Below, in pieces: positions 12,002 through 24,419 of a stretch of DNA of 64,000 bases. Under the pieces are notes generated by a model, which was not told where the DNA came from, did not search any database, and was given only the letters and a program-made list of their open reading frames with translations. The stretch comes from Amphiscolops sp. MND2022. Lineage: Eukaryota. The position numbers and the translations under genes were made by a program. Numbering within the stretch: the first letter of the stretch is position 1; each line of letters starts with the position of its first letter. The DNA lies in contig OZ076409.1 in the NCBI GenBank assembly GCA_964187785.1, positions 10,480,001-10,544,000 of the forward strand. Direction: 5' to 3'.

Positions 12002-13352
12002 ATGACAACAAGAAGCCAGAAGAGAAAAACAGTAGCTGAGTTAGTCTCAGGAGAGTTTGAGAAGTCAGGAGTTGAGAATAATCAGCCTAAAAGTCTTGTT
12101 GCTGGTCCTAGCAAATCACGTACAATTTCACCTGAAAACTTAGACGAGGTAAAAACACCTTTGACATGACGAAAAACCTAGCACAAAACCAAAAAGAAAA
12201 GCTAATAATCATAGCACCTATGGCCAAAAAGTCCTCTGATTACCAAGCTTTACAGACTTCTATTTTTGGCCAACAACTCCGGTGAATAGTGGCAACATGG
12301 TGACAGGAGTCCTCAATGACTCCACAAATCAACCCACCAAGAAGCCAAAACAGCAACATTCACACAGCGAAGAAAATAAACTCCGTCTTGCAACATCAAG
12401 ACGACTGTTTGCACACCATCCGGAAATATTCCAGCCATCCAACATGCTCCTAATGCCGAAAGCACTCACTGCTTCGTTTTTGACGATAAATCTGGAAAAT
12501 TTGAACTATTTCATGACTTTTTCCGAAATAACATAAAAATGCACCCACACCTCAAGAAACACAAAAAATCAATTCTTTCCACTCGCGCCTCAGAGGAAAC
12601 GCGCTCCAAGTGTATTGTAACCTAGACGACACCAAGAAGGACAACATAGAGGACGTATTAACGGCATTTAAACGCCGCTTTGGGATTTCCAGTCAGTCCT
12701 CTGCCATAATTTCTAATCCTTTGCCATGACGAAAACCAGATGTGAGTGGGACGTACTGCATTTCGACCCCACAAAACAAATACTACATGAATTTCTCGAT
12801 GTACTTCAAAAAACTGCAAAGGAAGTTTTGGGCTCGGAAGCTCAAAAAGTCATTGCCAAAAGATCTATGCAAAAATGCCTGATCGCGTCAAAAGGATCCT
12901 TAATTAAGCGTGCGTACCTCAAAGACAAACTCTTCAATGACATCGTCCTGCATCTAGAGCGAGAGTTGCAACTAAACGGCCTCGGAGCGCCCGATGAAAC
13001 TACGCTAATCCCTCTGAACTCAGTCGACACAATTGACCTGGAGGAGAAAAAAGAAAAACAACATCGCGGTTACTGTTTCCACTGTGGCAGGTACGGTCAC
13101 TATAAAGTACAGTGCCGGAAATCCAAAAAAGAACGCTACTACGAAACCAAAACGAAAAACGTCGCAACAAACCAAATGGACGCTCAAAAACCAAAATGCG
13201 GAATGTGCGGCAACTTGCAGAAAACTGAGAACTGCTGGGAAGGAGCATATGCAGCAAACAACCCAAGACGCAAGAAACGCGAATTCACCATCCCCACTAA
13301 CAAAATTAGTGAACAACTTTTCCCCACTCCTTCAACTCAGTCAAAAAACTAA
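12002..13352 (+). pseudogene. gag: gag of element A (frameshifted; starts within the LTR)
   Basis: MTTRSQKRKTVAELVSGEFE from 12002. Later segments resemble B gag (IVLHLERELQLNGL vs IVAHLERELELNAL). Zinc knuckle CFHCGRYGHYKVQC; ends SKN*. Confidence 0.8.
12298..12309 (+). promoter_or_regulatory. Primer binding site of element A
   Basis: TGGTGACAGGAG directly after the LTR-terminal CA; the same 12-mer follows B's 5' LTR. Cognate tRNA not assigned. Confidence 0.85.
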
Positions 13353-16300
13353 AATTGCCACGCCTACGTTTCAGGGAAAAAGCAAATGCGTGGGCGTACA
13401 CCATCAAGGATTCCCCAAATCGATTAGAAAAAGACTTCATGACTGAGTGTAATGGAGAACCAACGCAAGACTGGCAACCACGTTGCAATGTTGGCATAAT
13501 CCAACGCCACAACGTCCGACACCAAGACGACTCAAAACCTCTTCCTCGCTGGATAACGGAGTCACCGGACAACTACGCTACACTCAAACGACCTTTACCA
13601 GAATCGAAAACAGAAAATATCTACGTCTATGACACGGAATATAAATGCGATCCATGGGACGAACCGACATTCTATGATGCAATTACACTATCCTTTAACA
13701 TACAGGCTCCACACCCACAGAATCAATCAGAAGCAGCACCGAAATTCCCCACCTCTGTCACCCATTTCGAAAATGTTAGAACCAACAGCGACAGTACCCG
13801 TCATTGTAACGTCTACACCAATAAACGCAAAGGAGAAAATTCCACCGGAGACAAGACACTGTGGTCACAAATGCTACGGAAAAGAACAGTCGACACCTCC
13901 TCTCCCCCACCACCACAAACTGCACCTGCCACAGAAGCACCCGACAGCAACGAAGATACAACGGAATGGCCACCACCCTTACACTTAGACGTCATCAAAG
14001 AATTCCTTCAACATGACAAAGACGACAACTACATTCCGTTGATGTCAGCAATTGCCCTCAAAAAAAGACGAGAATGCTCTTCTTACCCGTCGAATTCAAT
14101 GTCAATATAGACGCGTTAGTAGACTCAGGTGCGTACATCAATGCCATCAGTGAAAGGGATGCTGAAAAAATCAAGCACAGTGCAAGCCAGTGCATCTTCA
14201 ATAATGCACTTCTTCCCCCTTTCAAAGTTCAGTACGCCAATGCAGAACTCGAACAAACCCTAGCAACGTACTTAATGCGGTTTGAATTTGGCTATTACAC
14301 CTTTGAAGAAACGTTCATTATAATGACCCAGACATCCTTTTCAATAATCGGATTGGCGTTCCTACGGAAAGACGCCGCTATAATCGCTACAGCCCAAGGA
14401 AAAATAGACTTCCCAAAGATTCAAATCACGATGGCACTCACGGACGAAATGCAAAATGTAACCCGAAAACGATTACCTCAAAAATTAAAGCAAGTCCACC
14501 ATACCCGCACAGTCCACTAGTATCATACACGCGAGAAAGTACAGCCCCTACCACAGTTTGACGAGTGTGCGAAACGCATTGTATCACCGGCAGTAACAAC
14601 AGCCAGAGACAGTTGAGTAGCCATCAAAATCGCCAATACATCGCACTTTCCATACACAATAAATCACAACACCAAGCTAGCCGAATAGGCAGCTCCTGAA
14701 ACCCGAAAAAAAACGAAATTTATCCGAACAGTGGCCATAGCTGCGCTAAACCTACTAAAAGACCATGACGACGTTGTCATGTATATCAATGCACTAAAGC
14801 AAGTCGAACGCCCTGACGATAACGAAGAAATTTTCTGATTCCAGACACCAGAAAACACTGGCAACGAAGACGAACACTCCCCGATACAAACACGAATCCT
14901 TAAGGAACTACGACAACTATCCGAACGTGAAAAACTTTACACATCAGACGATGAAGAATCCCGAGACAAGTTCCTTTCATTGTTTAAAAGACCTGATTCA
15001 CTAATCAAAGGAGAGGACAGTGAAAACCTAGAAGCTACAATAGTAGAAATCAATGAAATCTTTGCTCGACATAGAAATGACTTTGGCATGAACACGCAAT
15101 TCAAAGTCAGTCTAACACCAAAAGTCTGTCTACACGCAGAGTCTACCAGTACCAATCAACCTGAAAGAAGACCCGACGGTAGAACTGGCTCTCATGCACA
15201 GGTACGGAATCATCACGTTGCTACTCTTCTCAAAATATTCAAGCCCAATCTCCGCCCAACGGAAACCCAACGGCAAATTGAGACTACTGGTGGATCTGCG
15301 CAAAATCAACGCACTCAACGCCGATGACTACATCAACAACAACTATTTTATCAGCACCATCTCAGATGCCGCACAACACCTGGCTGGGAAAAAAACTGTT
15401 CTGCACACTCGACTGCTCCCAAGCCTAGCACTGCCTCCAAATGGCAGACCAAAGGTCAGTTGAAGTATTTGCTTTTAACTTTGCTAGTAGGACGTTCGCC
15501 TACCGTAGACTAGTCCAAGGACTCAGCAGGTCAATGTGTGCCTTCTCGAGCTTCATGCGTGAATACCTGGACACAGTAATCAAAGCCGACCAGTGCGCGC
15601 AATGCGTTGACGACAATGAGATCGCCGCAAATACCTTGGAGCAGTTAATCAAAAACATCAGGGCAGTCTTCAAGTGTATCAAAACAGCCGGTCTGAAACT
15701 TACAACCGAAAAATGCCATTTAGGAGTAAAACATTTAGAATTCCTCGACAGAACTATCATCCCAAACGGAGTAGCGCCGCAAGATCAGCAGGCCAAAACT
15801 TTTGTCCTGAAGTCCGTTTCCCAAAATCAAAGAAGCAAGTACAAAAACACATCGGCGGTGTGAACTACTACCGAAACTACATACCACGACTCTCAGAAAA
15901 ACTCATCGATATGGATGAACTTTTAAAAGCTGATGCCAAAATTACCGTCTCAGAAGAACTCGTTGACAGTTTCAAAGAAACCAACGCCAGTCTAGCGGGA
16001 GCCTGCGGACTTTCCTTAAGACAGCCCAAAGCTGGAAAACAAAACGTCCTTATGACGGATGCCAGCTTCCGTGCATTAGGTTATGGGCTCATGATAGAGA
16101 AAAACGGTGAACGGAAACTCCTGTTGAAAAAAAACAATTGCGCTAGTAGCGTTCGGATCCCGCGTGTTCTGACCATCCCAACTGAAGATGTCAAAATACT
16201 GTGAGGAATATCTGGCTATAAATCAAGCTTTCCTAGATTGTAGTCACATTTTATGGGAAAGGACCATACCTACGTTAGTGCTGACAGACAATCAATCAGT

Positions 16301-18240
16301 AACAAAATTCTTCCAAACAAAAACCACGCCGCCTGCATTATGGAAAGCCTGCGACTATGTACTACAATTCAAGTTCGGTATCATGCACGTAGCAGGCTCC
16401 CAAAACACAGCATCGGATTTCTAGTCCAGACTTGAGATTACCGCAAAAGAAATGAACCAACTGAAACTACGAGACGATATACTAACGTCGCCAATAAAAG
16501 TCAAACTTCAGTCGACAGATGTCGCTGATGAAGAACATCTTTTCTTCCTATCAGACGAAGAAGAATCAGAACGAAGAATCTTCGCCAGAAAAGCGCTTAG
16601 CAAATGACGCGCCATAGACGGCCATGATAAAGAACTGTCAACCAAAGTAACCGATGTGTTCAAAATACCACTCAACTCCGTTGTCTATACCTTCGGGGCG
16701 ATCAAAGAAAATGCACGCATCAGAAACGAACAAGATGCAGACCTTCTTCTCAAAGCGCTAAAATTATGAATACGACAAAAACCTCCTCAAAACCGCTCCA
16801 CGACGAAGATCTCTCCTACGGCATGAAGACAGAATCATCACGAACGACGGAGTTATCTTGCGGAAATATTGCGGAGAAGATGGGACAGTCAACCACCACC
16901 AATTAATAATACTGAAACACATAGTCCCGGAACTACAGTCTACTCTGCATGGAAAAACAAAAAACACCCTGGAATCACGAAGATGATACAAGAGTGCAGA
17001 ACAAAATACTACTATCCGGAGCTATCACGAAAGTCCAGGTCACGAGCTGCCCAGACTGCATAGCAAAGAAACGAATTGATACGAGACAGATCCGTTCAAA
17101 AATGCCAAGCAATACAAATTCACCATGGGACCAGATGATTGCCTAGATGTTGACATCCTACCAAACCTAACATCATCAAATGGATACCAACACATCAAAA
17201 CACTGATGGATGTCTTCTCACGTTATTTTATTGCCTACCCCACATAAAATATAACTGCCGAAACTGATGCCCGAAGTATCAACGACGTAATGACAAGATA
17301 TTGCTGTCTACCAACAGTTATATTGACCGATAAATGATCACAAATCAGATCATGAGTGGTCAACCAGATAGCACAGACACCCGACATAGGAATAAACCAC
17401 GCATCAACTAATCATGATCAGAAAACGGCATCAAAGAAAGAACGCATGGGTCCCTGTAAACTTCACTGAAAATATCAACGGGAGAACGACGCTCGATGTG
17501 GCACACATACTTACAGATAGCAGTCATGAATTACAACACAAGCTACCACGAAAGGTTAGGCTGCGAACCTACAACTGTGTTCCACGGACGCATTCCGTAT
17601 AACATCCTAGACATCAAACTTAGACTCAAAACAGAATGGAAGAAAGACGCCAATGAAGACCTAACGGAAGAAATACAGAAACAGATAGCAGAAATACATC
17701 AGTCCGCCAAGAGACAACCTGATGCAGTCCTCTACACACGAACCCTCCATAAAATTAGCCTAAATCTATTTGCGCCCAATCAGCAAAAACCTGACGTAAC
17801 AGTCAGAAGGGAAATCTATCTTTCAGATCCAGAGCTTAAAACAACCCATAATGATTGGTACGCGCATGCTTGGGAAACCGAATTCGGAGACGTTTTGTTC
17901 GGAACACCTACGAAAAACTCGTCAAAAGAAGGCAACGATCACGGAAATCACAGACAAGACAGAAGAAGACGCAGTTGCAAATGAAAATGAAGTGGTTAAA
18001 TCAACCACAGTTGAAAATTCCGGAGAGGATAAAACATCCTCCGACAATGTTACGCCATTTTTTCTGGATGTCAGTGATAATGCCTACATTTTGACTCCAC
18101 CGCTTATGGGAAGCCTTCACAAAACACCGGAATTACCGCCTATAGTTGTTGGTTATAACACTAGAAAAGATACAACTTACGCCCTAAACCAAGACCTAAC
18201 GGTAATAATGATTTTCGAATGCTTGACTCAGTTACTACTG
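13343..18240 (+). pseudogene. pol: pol of element A (PR, dUTPase-like insert, RT, RNase H, integrase; many lesions)
   Basis: ALVDSGA (PR); RKPNGKLRLLVDLRKIN and QCVDD (RT); LMTDASF (RH); KHPGITKM...CPDC and NYNTSYH (IN). The end coordinate is approximate. Confidence 0.9.
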
Positions 18241-18256
18241 AGATTGAGCGTCAAAC

Positions 18257-21200
18257 TCAATCTGCAACAACTAAGATCAAATGAGTCATCCGGATACTTA
18301 ACACAGGTTGTACCAATAAAGAGACAACACAGTTAAAATACACGTAGCAGATGCCGACGGGTCTGGAACTCAAAATCCTGAAAAAGATACTTTGTAACAT
18401 CGGCAAGATCAACTGGAGATTGCTTAGATTGCACATGATATCTGCGCTTTTCAACAACAAACCTGATATACAGCTATAGACTCGTCCAATGACACGACCC
18501 CACGGTCAACTAACATCCGACAAAACTCTGTAAACAACTCAAAAGCACCACTGTTGTCGACTTCCAGCGTCAATTCAGGGCGAAATCTATAGAGGCGCTT
18601 CGAGATAATAGACCTTGTACATGAGATCTCCAGCAACAACACGATCAAACGGAATTCAGAAAAATCGCTCGTCTTGATTCGGACAACTCCTTCCCGAATT
18701 CAAAGTTAGCAAGGAACATTCCGATGGGGGTTTCAGGAAATGCTCAAATCTTTGCAGCAGACATATACTCGTCCCAATCGGGTATGCCAGGAAGACAATC
18801 TATATCCCGAGTCTTTAACAAGAGGAAAAACACGAAGTTACAAAACTTTCCATGTCCGCGGAAAGCATAGTCCACACGTCCTTGCTGCAACTTCCAAACG
18901 TCCTTGCTGCAGCTTCCACACGTCCTTGATGCAGCTTCCACACGTCCTTGCTGCAGGTTTACAAAATTGATATTGACTGAAACACAGCAACCCATCACCA
19001 TAGAGGAAAGTACAATAAATTGCCAATCACTTGCAAACTCTACCGAACAGTCGAACACAAGACGTATTGCAACTAGATGAACAACAATCACAAATGCAAG
19101 CAGAATCAGATCATACTTACAAGTATCGAGCATCAATCTGAGCATCCCGAAACGATACGTGACCATTTTGTCTGCAACCAGAAGCCAATCAGTCCCTTGC
19201 AACTAAAACAACACAAAACATACAGTCAACAACAAATCAGGCAAGCGATGACAATATGCATCTTACTACACAAATACCAAACCAAATTGAAACTCAAAGC
19301 ACACCAGCCCTATCAGCAGAATCTTTCGCCTCTGGGCCATATGGTAATCAAGTCTGTCAGGAGCTCCCGCATATCTGTAAAATTCACGTAGCCTTGACGT
19401 ACACATCGCCGGGGAACTGGTCTACTTTCCACTCCTCTGTCCACTCCTCATACAAAGAACTTTTTAATCAATGCACAGTATACTCCATTACCATAGTCAG
19501 TTCAACAATCCTGAAAACATCTTCATATGCACGACGAATGCACTGCGAGAACACATCACCTCTAAACACTTGATAGGCCACAAACAACGCTCATCCGTAC
19601 GACCGTCTCCTAACATCCGCAGCAGAGACGGACTTCCTCAAAGAACAATTACGGGCAACTGCCTGTCCTCAAGCTAAAAATGACTCGAGCCAGTCTAGAC
19701 TCCAAAAAAGACTACGAAACAGCGCTCCACTTCGGAATCTTTCCCATACTGTACGCTGTATTCACGAAAAACCAGGATCCCTTTCACACCCGTGGAGCAA
19801 GACCTTGACACAACTGCGACTGGAACACATAACCAGAGCTGCGATGCAACTGACCAAAGGCTACATAACTCACCAAAAAAACAACAAGAACAAAAAGCCA
19901 CGAAGAACCTGAACTGACCACTGTCTCTGAACGACTCCACTGTAGTGAGTACACAGGGTTCCGCTTACCCAAAGATGCGAGAAAATAGCCCGCCCCAATA
20001 GCGTCGCACAAGCGAAAAGTTTCCTCCTCTTTGTAGCAACTCACAGAGACAGGAAACCAGGGTCATGAAGGGCACCGTTGACCCTACTTTTGAGTTCTTG
20101 GGCGGAAGATCCTCAGGAAAAGAAAACATTTCACCCAAATCGACAAACGGCCGAGAAGAAAAATCCAATCGTTTACTATTCATGAGCTCCATGGGTTCCA
20201 TCAGTTCAATATGCACAAGTAGCCCCATGTGCACCCTCTACACGACATCCCGTAGCCAGTCCCCTTTAGATCCAAAATGGCAAACAATCTTAGAAGAACC
20301 ATGGGTGCCAATAGCAACGTCGCGAAAACATAGGCGACAGTAGAAGTACTTGGATTGCCCATACTTGGCACCAGTCACAAAATCTTTGAAGATTCGATTC
20401 ACACTAAGCATCGGTTTATGCAAGAGACTACGCTTAGTGATTTTCCACACCTTGTTACGCCTCCGGAAATGGTCGTCCGTCTTCTCTGCAAGTTCATTAA
20501 ACCCTACAGCACAAACAAGAAACCTAACAAACATTTAACGTACTGCCGAAATGCCACAATCACAACGAGGACATAACGCATCAATTTGACAGTCAAAAGA
20601 ACACAAAGAAGCAATGCCCAGAACAAGAAAATACAAAACAAAAGAAATCTTACAAGTTCATGAATACTGACGAAATACTCATCCGCCTGAAACGTTGCAC
20701 AGCGCGTTCTTCAACCCCAGTTGCCAGTTGGCGGCCAAACATTGCCACCTCAGGAGAAAGCACCCCCGACTTCTACAGCCCTGCAGCTGCTACATCTTCC
20801 TGATTACTACAACCACCATGGATGAAGTCCTGCAATGTCCGCTGGATACCCTCACGTTGACGTCTCAAAGGAGTTTCCAACGACACGACAATCTTACGGA
20901 GAGGGAACTTCGGAAGCCCTAAATAAGCACAAACACGATCACAAACATACTACCAAAAAAGCAAACCCCAACACAATCGTACTCCCGCCCTAATTAAACC
21001 AATTACTGACCTGACTCCAGAACAACAGGGGGATCATTCTCACCTCTTTGAGACTCGCTATCAGCATCATCGGGAGAAACAGCCGAAGACGGAACAACAG
21101 TGGAACAAGAGGGAGCGGTAGATGAGAATAACTCAGACCCGGCGCCACTAAGAGCAGAAACCAACGCTTCGTTGATGGAGAAAGAAGATTGAGGAACCAA

Positions 21201-21620
21201 TACAGTAGAAATGGGAGGCAACACAGTAGACGAACTAACAGACAACACTGTCGTTGTGGAAACTACTCCCGTAGTAGCCACGGAAAAACTCCGGCAGAAA
21301 TGAAGGTAGTGCCAGGTTGAGTTAATGAAAGTCACGATTTGGATTCAGACGCGTCAGAAAATTAGGTAAGACTACAAAGGCTGATCACCAGAACAATAGT
21401 CCAATTGCCCATGGAAGTCAGAACGATTTCACCAACCTGAAGCGGAATGTGAAACAGCTAGTTCCAAGACAACCTCGTCATCATCAGTGTAACAATATCT
21501 GGTGTAACAATATCTGGTCCAGAGCCACTGGCAAACCCTAAGAATGAAGCAGGAGTGAGACGAGGAAATTCCCCATCCATAATGACATACTGGACAAATG
21601 GATAACAGCAATCTGAAAAT
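18257..21620 (-). pseudogene. Antisense multi-exon BED-finger/hAT-transposase-like cargo gene of element A
   Basis: FVTG...YFYCRLC...HF motif; QWSRSETV|GTCAGT intron 19918-19820; 82-nt exon 19202-19121; C-terminal LYRFRPEL...RGVV. All are homologous to the antisense gene in B. Confidence 0.75.
18871..18955. repeat. 22-bp tandem repeat (about 4 copies)
   Basis: (TTCCACACGTCCTTGCTGCAGC)n variants. Confidence 0.9.
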
Positions 21621-21918
21621 GAAAAATAAACATCAAGAAAGTCAAAATCGAGAAAGAAATGACTTTTTGAAATAATGACGTCACGTGGACGTAATTCTTT
21701 TAAGGGAAAATTGATGACGTCATAACGACGTAGCTGAAGAAGAAAAAAAAGATTAAAACCAAACCTTTTCCCTTCATATTTCTGCCAATCACAGCGCAGA
21801 CGGAAGCAAAACGCTTTCAAAAAATTAAAGCGGACCGAAACAAAAGAAGGAACTCAACGAAGGAAAAAGAAAACTCAAACGTCCATTTGTCGTCCAATTT
21901 TCTAGAAAACAGCTTGAC

Positions 21919-22686
21919 ATGTTTAAATCCTCCATAAAGCTAAATGCTCATTTGCCCTCATCACAAATGAACAATATTGCGCTCGTATTCGACATCTCCG
22001 CGGATGAAGAGAACGATCGCTACAGTACCCCCATAAAAACGCTACCAGTAAAAATGGTGGGAAGAATGGATCTGAGCGACTCTTCCGTAGAAATTTGGAG
22101 AAGTAATGATGTAGAGCTGAATTTGTCTTCGTCCTCTGCATTAACAATCGAGTCACTACATTCTCCGAGAAGAGTGAGCTTCGCTCCAATAAGAAACAAC
22201 GAAGGAGAAACGTTCATAGTGGAACAGCCGCCTAGGGACACAGATGAAAACTTCTATGAAGAACCGGACTCGCCACGTCAAGTACCTCCATTGCAACCCG
22301 CGCCGATCCTAAGAGATATCACTATACTGCCTCCAGCAAACTACGTCCCCCTTACGAAAATAAACATACTTAACGACCTCAGTGAACCCCCCAGAAGGAA
22401 GATAGAAGAAACATGGGGGCTAAACCGGAACAACGAAGAATACAACGCGACAGCTGGCCGTAGAAGCAGTTTCAAGTCAGCCAAGCTACAGAGGAATCTG
22501 AAACAGAACATAACGGTGCTTAAAGAAATATCTCACTGCTCTGGACTGCCAGCCTTTGTACGAGAGGGCACCTGTCGCGACAAATTCCTGGTCGTTGTTT
22601 CTCATGTTTCTCTGGCATACCGGGTTTCGGGAGGGGACGTGGACATGGATACATCAAGTATCTGTAAACTAATTCAATTTAACTAA
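21919..22686 (+). CDS. Extra sense ORF of element A (255 aa, acidic/Pro-rich, unknown function), overlapping the 3' LTR
   Basis: Open 255-codon frame in the same position as B's ORF 47112-47947; crosses the PPT and LTR start at 22573. Confidence 0.6.
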   Translation: MFKSSIKLNAHLPSSQMNNIALVFDISADEENDRYSTPIKTLPVKMVGRMDLSDSSVEIWRSNDVELNLSSSSALTIESLHSPRRVSFAPIRNNEGETFIVEQPPRDTDENFYEEPDSPRQVPPLQPAPILRDITILPPANYVPLTKINILNDLSEPPRRKIEETWGLNRNNEEYNATAGRRSSFKSAKLQRNLKQNITVLKEISHCSGLPAFVREGTCRDKFLVVVSHVSLAYRVSGGDVDMDTSSICKLIQFN

Positions 22687-24419
22687 TTCTACTTACAGTA
22701 AAGCTAAGTCTTTGTAGATAATCTTTCTGAATGCGAAATCCAACGTAAGCGTTACGGAACAACTTTGGAAATGATTTAGCTCTAGCTAAAATTTCCGGTT
22801 TAAGCTTTTACTGGTGATCACTTTCATTTCAGTCTATTATTTGAAATCCACATGCTGATCTAAACACCAAAACAGAGACAAATTACGTTACATAACATTA
22901 GCTCATTTTTCCATCCTGAAAGGAAAACATAAACGCTAAAGTTTAACTCAGTAATCCTAATGGAATTCAAACAATCTAAAATGGAAAACACACAAAACAG
23001 TATAGGGGTTATTTCCCAACTTCAAAATAGTTGTCAAGGTTCACTTAAATTACAGTCAAGTAAGTTAAGAGAATAATCACAACGCTACGACAGCGTCACC
23101 CAGAAGAACTAGTAACTGGTGTTTCTAATTTTACGGCCCAATAACGTCGCTCCTTTAGTTGAGATATTTGCGCTTGCTCCAAAAGGCGTAATTTTTTTTG
23201 ACGTCATTAGCTGAGAGAATGAAAATGGCTGCCTACGCGCTCCGCTTTCACTCTGCGAACTGCCACTCAGGTATAGCGACTCTTAATACGTACGGAGCAG
23301 TTACGTAGCGGATTCTAAAACTGTAACGACGAAATGAATTTTTGAATCAGGTTTGAACTGATTTCTTGAAGAAACGACGCATTAAGGGAAATTTAGAAAT
23401 AGGAGTTTATATAGTGAACGCTGTACTGTAAAGAAAGATTAAAACCGCAAACTCAGCAATTAAGGTTTATTTTTGTAATCAATTTCATACTCAATTGGTA
23501 ATGGTATAATTACGCTCATCTCACGTTGCAAACTCCATTTTTTGAAGTATAATAAATATCAAAACATCATAGTTCTAGTATAGTATACGTTTCTTATAGA
23601 AACAAAAGGTTTCCGTTATTCGCCACTAATAATTTGGAAGATGTACTGTTTCGTCATAAGAACGAGTTGTTTCTGTTGCTATCATGTCGTGTCTGAAGTT
23701 ATGTCAATTGGTTTCCGTTGCTATTGCGCTGTGATCTAGACTTGTACAAAATTCATAGCACAACAAGTAAATTGGGTAATTTGTTGATGTATGAATGTGT
23801 TTTGAAGTATTTCTTCATGTTTTCGACAATAGATAGTTTGTGTTATTCTAGCATCTTTTGTTCCATCCATATTTCATACTCTGGATGTTTGATCTCAAAA
23901 GTATTTATTCCGTTCCATCCGCGTCATCATTTTTGAGTGTCAAACTTTTGCCTTGAGATTCAAAATTCCCAATTTGGAGAATGACTAAGTGATCACGCCG
24001 GCGTATCTTCGTTGAGGAAATTATTGAGCGAACCTTATTATTGCCGCCATTTCAAGACTAAACAGGAAATCTGCTAGCATGAACAAAAATGATATCAACA
24101 AGTGTTACGGAAAACTAGTGGAACTAGAAATTTCGATACCTAACTTTATAACGTGGGACTGAAATGATTTGGGAAATTGAGTATTTTTAGTGAACAAATC
24201 TGATTCTGATGATATTTAGGATTTTTTAGATTGAGGAACAAATGATGCTAAGAAAGTATATATATGTTGATTGCTTAGAGTTAATCGTTCAATTGTTTTG
24301 TTCCAATAATAGCCGTTGTTGAAACTTAAAACGTATTTTCTTTTAAGAGTTCATCCAATTCCAAAGAAGTCTTGTTTTCTTACATTAAAAGACAGCAAGA
24401 AGCCAGAAGAGAAAAACAG

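Larger units (their letters stand above)
8646..12297 (+). repeat. 5' LTR of element A (interrupted by the N gap and MITE cluster)
   Basis: Starts TGTCGCAAC and ends GTGAATAGTGGCAACA. 8700-9786 aligns to 23090-24166; 11890-12297 aligns to 24280-24419 plus 25986-26311. Confidence 0.8.

Noticed and set aside
18871..18955. CRISPR-like periodic repeats
   Set aside because: Head-to-tail 22-mers without spacers, in a eukaryotic context.
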